Below, one piece after another: positions 1-8,459 of a stretch of 64,000 nucleotides of DNA. Below the pieces are notes generated by a model that was not told the DNA's origin, did not search any database, and saw only the letters and a list, made by a program, of their open reading frames with translations. The stretch is from an uncultured delta proteobacterium (GTDB taxonomy: Bacteria; Myxococcota_A; Polyangia; Polyangiales; Polyangiaceae): positions 224,001 to 288,000 of the forward strand of contig CAVQUB010000021.1 in NCBI GenBank assembly GCA_963716725.1. Reading direction: 5' to 3'. Numbering within the stretch: position 1 is the stretch's first letter; every line of letters begins with the position of its first letter. A program made the position numbers and the translations under genes.

Positions 1-177
1 CAGGGTCGGCACGTGCGCGCTCATGGGCTGGACCCGGCAACGGGCGTGCGCCAGCCGGTAGGCGGCGACTGCCAGACAGCTGCTCTCCGTGAGCAGTGCG
101 CGATGCGCTGCGCCATCTTCGGCGAACTGGCGGAGCCACTCGCTCGGGCGTTCGGTCTCGTCGCTGCTGCGGTACAT
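1..177 (-). CDS. hypothetical protein, N-terminal part (runs off the window edge)
   Basis: ATG at 177 on the minus strand, open to position 1 (MYRSSDETERPSEWLRQFAEDG...); no recognisable motif. Confidence 0.4.
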   Translation of the reverse strand, partial: MYRSSDETERPSEWLRQFAEDGAAHRALLTESSCLAVAAYRLAHARCRVQPMSAHVPTL

Positions 178-384
178 GACGCTGGATAGGATGCAACCGG
201 TGGGCCGATCCTTGGGCGGGCCGCGTCAGCCGGCTTCTCGCCGGGATTTCAGGCGCAACGGAGCGGGCAGCCGTTTATTCCCCCGCTGCAATCCGCGCAG
301 GCTCCGGATCAGGAAGTCATGGGGCGATGCACGGAAAGGACCCACATCCGTCGGAGGAGCTCTGAGATATCATCGCCGCCTCGC

Positions 385-1956
385 ATGAGGTGGCTGACCG
401 ACATCGTTGCCGAAGGCAGGAGCACGGGCACGCTCTGGCTGCTCGCTCTGGTCGTGCTCAACGCGCTGCTGGCCCGGCCCAAACAAGTCGACCGGCGGCG
501 GATCGTCGCCGCGCCAGTCGTGCTCTTCGGACTGCACTTGCTCCTGCTGCCCATCGCAGGCTACTTCCGTCAGCGTGGGGCGGGGGCGCCGGGCTACGTC
601 GAGAGCCGCCTGCCCCTGTTGATCTTCGCGGCGCTCACCGCCGTCACCTCGGCGGGCGCCATCGCGTTCACCGTGATCTTGCCGCGGCTACGCCTCGCCG
701 TGCCGCGCATCTTGCAAGATATCGTGATCGGCGCGGCTGCAGTCGTTGCGGTGCTCAGCGTCGCGTCCCGCGCTGGCATCAACCTGTCTGGTCTGATCGC
801 CACCAGCGCCGTGCTCACGGCCGTCATTGGGCTGTCATTGCAAGACACGCTCGGCAATGTGTTGAGCGGGCTCGCGCTGCAAACCGACGACAGCGTCCGA
901 GTCGGCGACTGGATCAAGATGGGCGACGTGAGCGGCCGCATCGTCGAAATCCGCTGGCGCTACACCGCGGTCGAGACCCGAAACTGGGAGACGGTGATTT
1001 TCCCCAACTCGCAACTGGTGAAAGGCCAGGTCACCGTGCTCGGCCGACGCCAAGGCCAGCCGGTAAAGTGGCGTCGTTGGGTCTGGTTCAACGTCGACTA
1101 TCGCTACCCACCCTCCGACGTCATCGGCAGCGTCACCGACGCGCTGCGTTCGGCTCCCATCGACAACGTGGCTGCCGATCCTCCGCCCAACTGCATTCTG
1201 ATGGACTTCCACGAGAGCTACGGTCGCTACGCGGTCCGCTACTGGCTCACGGATCTCGCGGCGGACGATCCGACGGACAGCGCCGTGCGAACGAGAGTCT
1301 ACTTTGCGCTGAAGCGCTCCGACCTGCCGCTCTCCATCCCCGCTCACGCCATCTTCGTCACCGAGCAGACCGCCGAGCTGAAGCAGCAGAAGACGACGGC
1401 CGAGCAGGACCGCCGCCTGCAGATGCTGTCGGGCATCTCCATGTTTGCCAAGCTGTCGGACGACGAACGCGACGCGCTGGCAGGAGCCTTGCGCTACGCG
1501 CCATTTGCGGCTGGGGAGACCATGACCAAGCAGGGCGCCAAGGCCCACTGGCTGTACATCATCGCCACCGGCGGGGCGAGCGTCCGAGTCGCCATCGACG
1601 GAGAAGGGCAGCAGGAAGTCGCGCGACTGAAGGCCGGAGACTTCTTCGGCGAACGCTCGCTGCTCACGGGAGATCCGCGCTCCGCCACCGTCGTGGCAAT
1701 GACGCGGGTCGAATGCTGGCGACTGGATCGGGCAGCTTTCCAGGAGTTGCTGACGCGAAGGCCAGAGATCGCTGACGAGGTCGCCGAGGTGCTCGCGGCC
1801 CGAGCGACCGATCTGGAGCGTGCGAGGGAGAACCTCGGAGCCGAGGCGGCGATGCGCCGAGCAGCCGAGACCAAGACCGATCTGGTGGACAAGATCCGCC
1901 GGTTTTTCCGAGTCGACGCTGAATCCGAGCCGCCGCCGCCCTCGAAGGGGGCATGA
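385..1956 (+). CDS. MscS-family mechanosensitive channel with C-terminal cyclic-nucleotide-binding domain
   Basis: N-terminal TM helices; MscS core (IGLSLQDTLGNVLSG, VRVGDWI, GRIVEIRWRYT, FPNS); cNMP domain (LKAGDFFGERSLLTGDPRSATV); start ATG 385 inferred. Confidence 0.9.
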   Translation: MRWLTDIVAEGRSTGTLWLLALVVLNALLARPKQVDRRRIVAAPVVLFGLHLLLLPIAGYFRQRGAGAPGYVESRLPLLIFAALTAVTSAGAIAFTVILPRLRLAVPRILQDIVIGAAAVVAVLSVASRAGINLSGLIATSAVLTAVIGLSLQDTLGNVLSGLALQTDDSVRVGDWIKMGDVSGRIVEIRWRYTAVETRNWETVIFPNSQLVKGQVTVLGRRQGQPVKWRRWVWFNVDYRYPPSDVIGSVTDALRSAPIDNVAADPPPNCILMDFHESYGRYAVRYWLTDLAADDPTDSAVRTRVYFALKRSDLPLSIPAHAIFVTEQTAELKQQKTTAEQDRRLQMLSGISMFAKLSDDERDALAGALRYAPFAAGETMTKQGAKAHWLYIIATGGASVRVAIDGEGQQEVARLKAGDFFGERSLLTGDPRSATVVAMTRVECWRLDRAAFQELLTRRPEIADEVAEVLAARATDLERARENLGAEAAMRRAAETKTDLVDKIRRFFRVDAESEPPPPSKGA

Positions 1957-1957
1957 C

Positions 1958-2767
1958 GTGGGCTCGACCTTCACGCTCACGAGGGGCTCCGCGCCCCTGG
2001 TCGTCAGCTTCCCGCACGACGGCACCGAGATCCCCCACGAGATCGAGGCGCGCCTCACGCCCGCAGCACGCCGCCGACCGGACACGGATTGGCACGTCGC
2101 CCGGCTCTACGCCTTCGTCGCGGAGTTGGGCGCCAGCCTGCTCGTGCCGCGGTGCTCCCGCTACGTCGCGGATTTGAATCGGAGTCCCACCGGCGCGGTG
2201 CTCTACCCGGGTGCCGACAACACGGGTCTGGTGCCCACCAGCACCTTTGACGGGCAGGCCATCTACCTGCCGGGAGAGGAACCCTCGGACGACGAGGTCG
2301 GCGGTCGAATCGAGGCCTTTCACCGACCCTATCATCAGGCGCTGCGGGCCGAGCTCGAGCGCCTCCGGACAGCTCATGGCGTCGCCGTCGTCTTCGACGC
2401 ACACAGCATTCGCTCCGAGGTGGTCCGCTTCTTCGACGGGACGCTGCCGGACTTGAACCTCGGGACGGCGTCCGGGGCAAGCGTCGATGACGAGCTCGGA
2501 GAGCTGCTGCACCGGGCGCTGTCCGAGAATCGTGACGGTTACACTTCGGTGCGCGACGGCCGGTTCAAAGGCGGCTACATCACCCAACACTACGGCCGAC
2601 CCGCTGACGGATGGCACGCCGTCCAGCTGGAGCTTGCGCAGCTGACCTACATGAACGAGGCCCACCCTTACGCCTTCGACTTGGAGAAGGCCGCCCGATT
2701 GAGGCCGACGCTGCTGCGCTTCGTGCAGACAATCCTGTCCTGGGCCGGCACACGGAGGCCCAGGTGA
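1958..2767 (+). CDS. hutG: N-formylglutamate deformylase
   Basis: PLVVSFPHDGT, DTDWHV, SRYVADLNR, FDAHSIRS, GRFKGGYIT, HAVQLEL; adjacent to hutF. Confidence 0.9.
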   Translation: MGSTFTLTRGSAPLVVSFPHDGTEIPHEIEARLTPAARRRPDTDWHVARLYAFVAELGASLLVPRCSRYVADLNRSPTGAVLYPGADNTGLVPTSTFDGQAIYLPGEEPSDDEVGGRIEAFHRPYHQALRAELERLRTAHGVAVVFDAHSIRSEVVRFFDGTLPDLNLGTASGASVDDELGELLHRALSENRDGYTSVRDGRFKGGYITQHYGRPADGWHAVQLELAQLTYMNEAHPYAFDLEKAARLRPTLLRFVQTILSWAGTRRPR

Positions 2768-4140
2768 CGATCTACGAGCTCGAGCACCTGTGGCGGCCGC
2801 AGGGCTTCATGAGCCCCGCCTGGGTCGAGGTGGACGCCAGCGGCTTCGTGACGACCCTCGGGGACTGTCCGCCAGGCGTGCAGTGCGAACGGGTCCGTGG
2901 CGTGGTCGTCCCGGGTGTGCCCAACCTGCACTCCCATGCTTTTCAGCGCGCGATGGCCGGGCTCGCCGAGCACCGCGTGGGCGACGACGACTTCTGGTCG
3001 TGGCGCGATGCCATGTACGCCTTCGTCGGCGAGCTCACGCCAGACGACGTCGAGACGATCGCGCTCGAGCTCTACGTCGAGATGCTCGAGGCGGGCTACA
3101 CCTCGGTCGGCGAGTTCCACTACTTGCACCACGACTTGCAGGGCCAGCCCTACTCGAACCCGGTCGAGCTCGCTGAACGCGTGCTCGCGGCGGCGCACCG
3201 CGCCGGCATCGGCATCACGCTGCTCCCGGTGCTGTACGCGGCCAGCGGCTTCGACGCCGCTCCCCCGCACCAGCGACAGCGGCGCTTTGCCACCACGCCG
3301 GACTTCATTGCAAGGGCGGTCGAGCGCCTGTCCGGCGCGTGGCGCGCGGATCCCGGTGTGCGCGTGGGACTCGCCCCGCACAGCCTGCGTGCGGTACCGG
3401 CCGAGGCGCTCCGGGAGGTCCTGATCGCGGTGCGCAGCATCGACGCCACCGCCCCGATCCACATTCACGTCGCCGAGCAACTGCGCGAGGTCGAGGATTC
3501 GGTCCGTGCCCGCGCTCGGCGCCCGGTGGAGTGGCTGTGCGAAAACCACCCCGTCGATCCGCGCTGGTGTCTGGTTCACGCGACCCACGTGACGCCGACG
3601 GAGATCGATGCGGTGGCCCAGACCGGAGCGGTCATCGCTTTGTGCCCGACGACGGAGGCTAACCTCGGCGACGGCATGGCGCCGAGCGTGGCGCTCTTGG
3701 CGGCGGGCATCCCCATCGGAATCGGCAGCGACAGTCACGTCAGCGTGAGCCCGAGCGAAGAACTCCGGCTGCTGGAGTATGCGCAGCGGCTCGCCGCACG
3801 GAAGCGCAACGTGCTCGTGAGCGACCTCCACCCGTCCACCGGCGAGCGCTTGTTCGCCGCCGTGCTCTCCGGCGGCGCCCAGGCCTTGGGTCGTCCGGTC
3901 GGCCTCGTCGCGCCCGGGGCGCGCGCGGACTGGGTCGTGCTCGACCCCGAGCACCCCTCGTTGGTCGGAAAACCCCTCGAGCGTGTCCTCGACGCCTGGG
4001 TCTTCTGCAACCACGGAAACCCGGTGGATTCCGTGATGGTGGGGGGACGCTGGGTAGTGCAGGGCGGGCGACATCGAGAGCACGACGCCGCACGTACAGC
4101 TTTCGCTTCGACCATGAACCGCCTACGGAACAGGTCATGA
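2764..4140 (+). CDS. hutF: formimidoylglutamate deiminase
   Basis: PNLHSHAFQRAMAG, FWSWR, VGEFHYLHH, PHSLRAV, HIHVAEQ, CPTTEANLGDG, GSDSH; GTGA overlap with hutG. Confidence 0.95.
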   Translation: MTIYELEHLWRPQGFMSPAWVEVDASGFVTTLGDCPPGVQCERVRGVVVPGVPNLHSHAFQRAMAGLAEHRVGDDDFWSWRDAMYAFVGELTPDDVETIALELYVEMLEAGYTSVGEFHYLHHDLQGQPYSNPVELAERVLAAAHRAGIGITLLPVLYAASGFDAAPPHQRQRRFATTPDFIARAVERLSGAWRADPGVRVGLAPHSLRAVPAEALREVLIAVRSIDATAPIHIHVAEQLREVEDSVRARARRPVEWLCENHPVDPRWCLVHATHVTPTEIDAVAQTGAVIALCPTTEANLGDGMAPSVALLAAGIPIGIGSDSHVSVSPSEELRLLEYAQRLAARKRNVLVSDLHPSTGERLFAAVLSGGAQALGRPVGLVAPGARADWVVLDPEHPSLVGKPLERVLDAWVFCNHGNPVDSVMVGGRWVVQGGRHREHDAARTAFASTMNRLRNRS

Positions 4141-5204
4141 GAGCGGCTGCATGCCTCGCCTTCGTGCTGGCGGCCTGTGCCTCCGATCCGGGCCAGCGAG
4201 ACGCCCAGGATGCGTGCCCCAATCTGGCCGCAACCCCTACCAACGCGACGCTCTCGCGGATCCCTGCCGCGCACGCCAGCGACGACCCGACGACCGTGCG
4301 CCTGTGTCAGGAGGGAGCGACGCCTCCGGATCAGCTCGAGAACCCATGGGACCTCCACTGCGAAGTCGCGTCGGGCCCCAGCGCCGCCATCGACGAGAAC
4401 GCCCCAGCGCCCTCGCGGCTTCGGGTCGTCGAGTGGAACATCAAGTTCGGCACGGAGCTCACTCGAGTTGGCGACCTGCTCGCGACCCACCCGATCTTGT
4501 CTCTCGCCGACGTGCTGCTGTTGGTCGAGGTCGATCGCGGCTGCAATCGCTCTGGAAAGGTCGATGTCTCCCGGGAACTCGGCGCGCGCCTCGGCATGGA
4601 GTGGGTGTTCGGTGTGGAGTTCATCGAGCACTCCCAGGGCGGCTGCGAAGAAGGCAACGCCATCTTGTCCCGCCACGCTTTGTTCAACCCGGTGCACCGC
4701 TTCCACAACGTGGGCAAGATCGAACGCGGCGGCCTGCACTCGCCCTATGACTGGGCCCTCGACGCGGACGAGCCGCGTACCGGACGACGCTCGTTCTTGG
4801 GCGCGGATCTGCGCTTCGGCAAGGGCCTCCTGCACGTGGTGTCCGCGCACCTCGAGAACCGCTCGAACGCCGAGGAGCGCGGAGGTCAGATCTCCGAAAT
4901 CGTGCAGCTCCTCGGAGAGCTTCCACGTAAGGCCGCCTGTGTGGCGGGGGACTTCAATGTCTTCCCGAACATCGGGGAGGCAGTCATCGATCAGTCCCTC
5001 TTCGACAGCCTGAGCGGGGCCTGTTTCGTCAATCCACACGCCGACATGCCCGACGCCGAGCGCAGGACTCGCCCCAGTCTGAACTACCAGATCGACTTCA
5101 CCTATTTGCGAGCCGTGCAGATCATCGAACGTGGCGTCGTCAACGACCTCCCAGACGTGCCGAGCGACCACTACCCGGTTTGGGTCGACATCGCGCCCCG
5201 CTGA
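4137..5204 (+). CDS. endonuclease/exonuclease/phosphatase (EEP) family lipoprotein
   Basis: lipobox LAAC; motifs WNI, xEVD, HLE, GDFN, IDF, SDH; ATGA overlap with hutF. Confidence 0.85.
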   Translation: MRAAACLAFVLAACASDPGQRDAQDACPNLAATPTNATLSRIPAAHASDDPTTVRLCQEGATPPDQLENPWDLHCEVASGPSAAIDENAPAPSRLRVVEWNIKFGTELTRVGDLLATHPILSLADVLLLVEVDRGCNRSGKVDVSRELGARLGMEWVFGVEFIEHSQGGCEEGNAILSRHALFNPVHRFHNVGKIERGGLHSPYDWALDADEPRTGRRSFLGADLRFGKGLLHVVSAHLENRSNAEERGGQISEIVQLLGELPRKAACVAGDFNVFPNIGEAVIDQSLFDSLSGACFVNPHADMPDAERRTRPSLNYQIDFTYLRAVQIIERGVVNDLPDVPSDHYPVWVDIAPR

Positions 5205-5290
5205 GGCCGCAGAACGCCTGCGCCGCGACGAACCGGCTGCGACATCGTGTCGCATGGTCAGATCCGAACCTTGGGTGCAAGAAGCAACGC

Positions 5291-5460
5291 ATGAACACTC
5301 GAGTCTTGGCCGCGGTCTGTCTTTCGTCGCTGCTCACCTGGGGAAGTCCGACGTGTTGATCAAGCTCGCGGTGAACGGCGTCGACTACACCACCGACGGC
5401 AACGCCGTGGATCCGACCCAGAAGAACGGGTTCGCGACCTTCTCCGTCACCGCACCCTGA
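5291..5460 (+). pseudogene. probable remnant of a secreted-protein gene (signal peptide out of frame with a C-terminal fragment)
   Basis: MNTRVLAAVCLSSLL in one frame; GKSDVLIKLAVNGVDYTTDG...FSVTAP* with GC3-rich codons in another. Confidence 0.4.
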
Positions 5461-5488
5461 GCGGCCTCAGCGCCGGCGATCCCCGACG

Positions 5489-6010
5489 TCACCCCGCGCA
5501 ACTGCCGTTGGTGCAGGTCTGCTTCTCGGCGCAAGCTCTGCCGCATGCGCCGCAGTTGGCTTCGTCGTAGTTGGGATTGACGCAGCCGCTGGCGCAACAG
5601 ATTTGGTTCTTGCCGCAGTCGTCCCCACCATTGCACGAGCATTGAATATTTCCGCCTTGAGACCGGCAGACTTCGCCCGGGCGACACGAATCCCCGTCGC
5701 ACACGCAGCGCCCGTCGTTGTTGCACTGGACGGATCCGCTCGAAGCACACTGCGCGGCCGCGGTGCAACGGCAACGCTGGCTCTCGCAGACCATGCCGAT
5801 CGGACAGAGACCGCAGTCGCCGGCACCGCCAGCCCCCGCCGCGCCTCCGGCCCCGCCCGCGCCTCCGGCCCCGCCCGCGCCGCCGGCCGCCGTGCCACCC
5901 ACACCCGCCGTGCCACCGGCAGCCCCGGCGTCCGCGAACTCGAAAGCGTCGTAGTCGTTGGTGCAGCCGATGACCAGCATGCCGCAGGCTAGAACGAGAG
6001 CTCTCCCCAT
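5489..6010 (-). CDS. Gly-rich linker / Cys-rich lipoprotein
   Basis: lipobox VIGC, GGAGG linker, many Cys, C-terminal NCGACGRAC motif typical of myxobacterial Cys-rich repeats. Confidence 0.75.
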   Translation of the reverse strand: MGRALVLACGMLVIGCTNDYDAFEFADAGAAGGTAGVGGTAAGGAGGAGGAGGAGGAAGAGGAGDCGLCPIGMVCESQRCRCTAAAQCASSGSVQCNNDGRCVCDGDSCRPGEVCRSQGGNIQCSCNGGDDCGKNQICCASGCVNPNYDEANCGACGRACAEKQTCTNGSCAG

Positions 6011-6074
6011 CGCGGGATCAGCATAGCTCACTCCAGCGGAACGTCCCGTTCCGAGCGCCGCAGAGCCGCGACGG

Positions 6075-6584
6075 TCACGGCGTGCGCACTTCAATCACCT
6101 CTATTTCGAAGCTCAGAGTCGAGTTCGGCGGGATCTTCTGATGAGCGCGGGCGCCGTAGCCGAGATCGGGCGGGATGGTCAGGCGACGGACGCCACCCTC
6201 GCGCATGCCGGACAGGCCTTCTTCGAAGCCCTTGATCAGATGGCCGCGTCCGAGATCGAGCTCGATGGGCGTGCCACGCTCGCGACTCGAATCAAAGACC
6301 GTACCGTCCTCTAGCGCGCCAACGTAGTGGAGGAGCACGCGGGTGCCGGCGCCCGCCAGCGCCCCCGATCCGACCTTCAGCTCCTCGATCCGGAGGCCGG
6401 AGGCGGTGACGGTGGCGCTCGGCTCCGGGCGAACCGCCGCCGGAGGCGCGGCGGGTGTGGGCACGGCGACCGGCTCGGGCACGGTGACGATGGCACCGGT
6501 CGCGGGAGGCGCGCGTTCGGGAGCCGGCGTCCCGCAGCTCGCGATCAGCAGCGGTGCAAGCCAGATTCTCTCCGATGCGCTCAC
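6075..6584 (-). CDS. FKBP-type peptidyl-prolyl cis-trans isomerase (probable lipoprotein)
   Basis: HYVGALEDGTVFDSS, LIKGFEEG, IPPDLGYG, IPPNSTLSFEIE; GTG overlaps the upstream stop; IASC lipobox-like. Confidence 0.92.
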   Translation of the reverse strand: MSASERIWLAPLLIASCGTPAPERAPPATGAIVTVPEPVAVPTPAAPPAAVRPEPSATVTASGLRIEELKVGSGALAGAGTRVLLHYVGALEDGTVFDSSRERGTPIELDLGRGHLIKGFEEGLSGMREGGVRRLTIPPDLGYGARAHQKIPPNSTLSFEIEVIEVRTP

Positions 6585-7492
6585 GACGGTCCGTGGGTGG
6601 CGCGCGCCACGGCCGCCGCGGTCGACAACGCGGCGGTCACCGGCGCGTCGAAATGAACGTCGACCTGCGGGAACGCGATCACGATGCCCTCGGCGCGGAA
6701 CGCGTCCCAGATCGCCCGCCGCAGCGCCGAGCCGAAGAGCCGACGATTCCACGGTTCGTGGATCAGCAGCGACAGCTCCCAATCGACGCTGTTCGCGCCG
6801 AACTCCACCAGCAATACCCGCGCCTGGCAGTCCTGATCCTTGCCCCCGAATTTCGCACCGACCTCCGCGAGCACGCGGTCGACTCGGTCCAGATCCGAGT
6901 CGTAGGCCACGCCGACCTTCACGCGCAGACGGTAGAGCGGATCCTGCATCGAGTAGCTCTTGATCAAACCTTGTACCAGCGTGGAGTTGGGAATGATCAG
7001 GTCCTCTTCGTCGGTCGAGCGCGCCAGCGTGGCTCGCACGCCCATCTCTTTGACGCGGACCATGGCCCCGTTGACCTCGATGATGTCGCCGGGTTTGATG
7101 GTGCGCTCCATCAACAAGATGACGCCCGACACGAAGTTCTGGGCGATGTTCTGCATCGCGAAGCCGATCCCGACGGCGAAGACCGCTCCCGCCGCGAACA
7201 GGGCGCTGAGTTCGATGCCGCCGGTCTGGAGCGCGACGCCGACCCCGACCAGGATCACGACGTAGTGAAGGAGGCGGGTGATCGCCCGGATACCACCGGT
7301 CTCCGCCTCGACGCCCCGGCGCTTCGCCGCGCGGTGGATCCCCGCCCGAAGCAAGCGCGAGATGATCCACGTCGCGACCACGACGAGCACCATCGTCGCG
7401 AGGGTGGACGCGGTGATCGGGGTCTTTCCAATCGAAAATAGATGCACCTGAGCCAGCTTGCCAACGGGCGAGAGGGCGTTTCCATCAGTCAT
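6581..7492 (-). CDS. MscS-family mechanosensitive channel
   Basis: GIGFAMQNIAQNFVSG, IKPGDIIEV, MGVRAT, IIPNS, GVAYDSD, IAFPQVDVH. Confidence 0.93.
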   Translation of the reverse strand: MTDGNALSPVGKLAQVHLFSIGKTPITASTLATMVLVVVATWIISRLLRAGIHRAAKRRGVEAETGGIRAITRLLHYVVILVGVGVALQTGGIELSALFAAGAVFAVGIGFAMQNIAQNFVSGVILLMERTIKPGDIIEVNGAMVRVKEMGVRATLARSTDEEDLIIPNSTLVQGLIKSYSMQDPLYRLRVKVGVAYDSDLDRVDRVLAEVGAKFGGKDQDCQARVLLVEFGANSVDWELSLLIHEPWNRRLFGSALRRAIWDAFRAEGIVIAFPQVDVHFDAPVTAALSTAAAVARATHGPS

Positions 7493-7574
7493 GATGCGTC
7501 GGGGATACACGCGCCGGAGGGGGCAGCCAAGCCGCGGCGCGGCGCCGCGGCCCGCGAGCGCTGGCCGAAGCTCG

Positions 7575-8459
7575 TCACCCGGCTGTAATTCGCGTCAGAC
7601 GTGCCGGCGGATGGATCCCGTCCCGGCGGAAGGCCTCGGTGACTCGGAGGTGCACCTCGGTTTCGAAGGACTTCTCGTACTTGGTGTCGAGCACGTACGG
7701 ACGCGCTTTCACCTCGAAGGCGAAGTACCCGTCGACCAAGAGCTGCTTGGTGAGCACCGGCACGTCTCGACCCAGAAAGACGTATTGGCTGGTCAGGCAG
7801 GCCTCGCGGATGATCTCGCGCGCTCGCCCCACGTCTTGGTCGATGCCGATGTAAAACGCCATCGGGACCTGCATCTCCAGCGCGCCGTAGTTGCCGCAAG
7901 ACGTGACGTCCGTGAGCACCTTGTTGTTCGGGATGGTGACGATGTTGTGATCGAGCGTGTTCATCTGCACGCTGCGAAGTCCGATCTTGATGATGTCGCC
8001 GTACTGGCCGGCGTATTCGACTCGGTCCCCCACTTGGAAGGGTCGATCGAACATGATGGTGATGCCGGCGATGAAGGCCGCGACCAGATCTCGCATGGCG
8101 AAACCCACGGCGAAGGCCAAGGCGCCCCCGATGACCGTGACCGCGGTCGGGTCGAGACGCACGCTCAAGCCGACGCAGACCGCCACCGTCACGATGTAGG
8201 TGACGAAGCGAGTGATCGACTCGACCTTCTGAATCACCATGCGCCGCGCGGTGAATCGCTTGCCGAGACCCTCGGCCACCCCCTCGACGATGCGGAGCAA
8301 GATGATCGCGCCGAGGACCACGAACACCGAAACGAACACACCCCCCGCGCGGACGAAGCTCACCAGCTTGCCGACTTCGGGCAGGTCCTGGGCCTGGGCC
8401 GGCAGCGACCAGACAAAGACGACGAGCGCGACGAGCGCGACCTGCAAGCGGCGAGTCAT
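7575..8459 (-). CDS. MscS-family mechanosensitive channel
   Basis: AVGFAMRDL, DRPFQVGDRV, IGLRSV, TIPN; ATGA overlap with the upstream NTPase gene. Confidence 0.9.
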   Translation of the reverse strand: MTRRLQVALVALVVFVWSLPAQAQDLPEVGKLVSFVRAGGVFVSVFVVLGAIILLRIVEGVAEGLGKRFTARRMVIQKVESITRFVTYIVTVAVCVGLSVRLDPTAVTVIGGALAFAVGFAMRDLVAAFIAGITIMFDRPFQVGDRVEYAGQYGDIIKIGLRSVQMNTLDHNIVTIPNNKVLTDVTSCGNYGALEMQVPMAFYIGIDQDVGRAREIIREACLTSQYVFLGRDVPVLTKQLLVDGYFAFEVKARPYVLDTKYEKSFETEVHLRVTEAFRRDGIHPPARLTRITAG

